Below, piece by piece: positions 43,423-44,420 of a stretch of 44,420 nt of DNA. The position numbers and the translations under genes were made by a program. The notes under the pieces were generated by a model. It did not search any database, was not told the DNA's origin, and saw only the letters and a program-made list of their open reading frames with translations. The DNA is from Minisyncoccota bacterium (lineage in GTDB: Bacteria; Patescibacteriota; Minisyncoccia; Phycocordibacterales; JABMNX01), in the NCBI GenBank assembly GCA_040876885.1, contig JBBDOU010000002.1, positions 1 through 44,420 of the forward strand, written 5' to 3'. The stretch's first letter is position 1; each line of letters opens with the position of its first letter.

Positions 43423-44420
43423 ATGTCAACCAGACAACAATATGACGTCATTGTAATAGGGGGCGGTGCATCAGGGATGATGTCCGCGGGACGTGCTGCC
43501 GAGCGTGGTCGTAAGGTCTTACTCATTGAAAAGAACAAGGACCTTGGGAAGAAACTCTCTATTACTGGTGGCGGTCGGTGCAATATATTAAATGCCGAGA
43601 AAGAGGAACGAAAGCTTCTTGAGTACTATGGAGACGCATCTAAGTTTCTTCATTCTCCATTCTCCCAACATGGTATGCAAGACTCATGGGATTTCTTTGA
43701 GCGGAATGGACTACCACTTGTTGTTGAGGCGCGGAAACGAGCGTTTCCTCAATCCCAGAAAGCGGAAGATGTGACGCGAACTATGAGGCAGTTCGTTATT
43801 AAAAACAATGTAGAGCTTAACACAGGGACAAAGGTTCGTAGTTTTATACGAGAGAAGGGTGTCATTGTCGGTGTTGAGACAAGTGACGGCGCCCGCTTTG
43901 CAAAGAATTTTATCTTAGCAACTGGAGGATCATCGCATCAAGACACTGGCTCAACAGGGGAAGGTATTGAGTGGCTTAAGAAAATGGGACACACAGTACA
44001 TCAACCAAGCCCTAATATCGTACCGCTTGTTGCTGAAGAGGACTGGGTTAAGGGGCTCTCTGGGACGTCGCTGTCATTTATGAAGATTACTTTTGGTGCA
44101 GACCTTACAAAAGCCGAAGGGAGGTTTTCCCGCCTCGGGAAGATTTTGTTTACTCATTTTGGAGTCTCAGGACCTCTTATTTTAAATGCCGCGCATGAAG
44201 TAGAGAGACTGCTTAAGGGTGGTGCAGTCCACACGACTATTGATATGTATCCCGACACAGAAATAAGTGCGCTTCAGTCTCGGGTACTTGATATTTTTGA
44301 TACAAGTAAAAACAAAACATTAAAAAATATTATTAAAGAATTCGTTCCTGTTGGTATGAGCGAAGGTCTCTCAGCGCAACTTTCAGACGAGTTTCTTAAT
44401 ACGAAGGTACATAGTATTGG
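43423..44420 (+). CDS. HI0933/YhiN (BaiN-like) flavoprotein; 3' truncated by window edge
   Basis: YDVIVIGGGASG dinucleotide-binding motif, GKKLSITGGGRCN, LATGG.S...TGSTG.G, LFTHFGVSGP. Confidence 0.92.
   Translation, partial: MSTRQQYDVIVIGGGASGMMSAGRAAERGRKVLLIEKNKDLGKKLSITGGGRCNILNAEKEERKLLEYYGDASKFLHSPFSQHGMQDSWDFFERNGLPLVVEARKRAFPQSQKAEDVTRTMRQFVIKNNVELNTGTKVRSFIREKGVIVGVETSDGARFAKNFILATGGSSHQDTGSTGEGIEWLKKMGHTVHQPSPNIVPLVAEEDWVKGLSGTSLSFMKITFGADLTKAEGRFSRLGKILFTHFGVSGPLILNAAHEVERLLKGGAVHTTIDMYPDTEISALQSRVLDIFDTSKNKTLKNIIKEFVPVGMSEGLSAQLSDEFLNTKVHSI

Noticed and set aside
1-44420. Prophage, IS element or defence island
   Set aside because: No integrase, transposase, phage structural gene or recognisable defence gene; remaining short overlapping ORFs are shadows of core genes

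Overview
A 44.4-kb bacterial chromosomal segment made mostly of housekeeping genes: pheT (3' end), gyrB, thrS, dnaE, rnhB, rpmF-nusB-rnc-smc, rnr, rpsP-khpA-trmD, rpoB-rpoC-dnaG-rpoD, a UvrD-nuclease fusion, dsbA-like, uppP, hisS, a SET-domain gene, a cold-shock gene and a partial HI0933-family flavoprotein. Compact proteins, a sortase, few Shine-Dalgarno sites and Lys-rich tails suggest Patescibacteria/CPR (Parcubacteria-like); this is inference. No rRNA, tRNA, CRISPR array or transposase was seen. The most unusual items are: (1) a cell-surface locus at 2.7-7.7 kb with a sortase, a lipoprotein, a CARDB-like protein, a candidate structured RNA, and a GDSGDG-repeat protein whose IPYTG sorting motif and TM helix are followed by a ~230-aa cytoplasmic domain; (2) a NusB-Nudix fusion, plus boxA-like elements upstream of two accessory genes; (3) a leader-peptide attenuator upstream of a GNAT gene; (4) a palindrome/tandem-repeat cassette and a pseudogene in the rimM slot, with several other loopless 30-40-bp palindromes; (5) no TGA among 36 stop codons; (6) widespread apparently leaderless genes; (7) a duplicated 43-bp initiation region ahead of an unannotated 38-aa basic protein.
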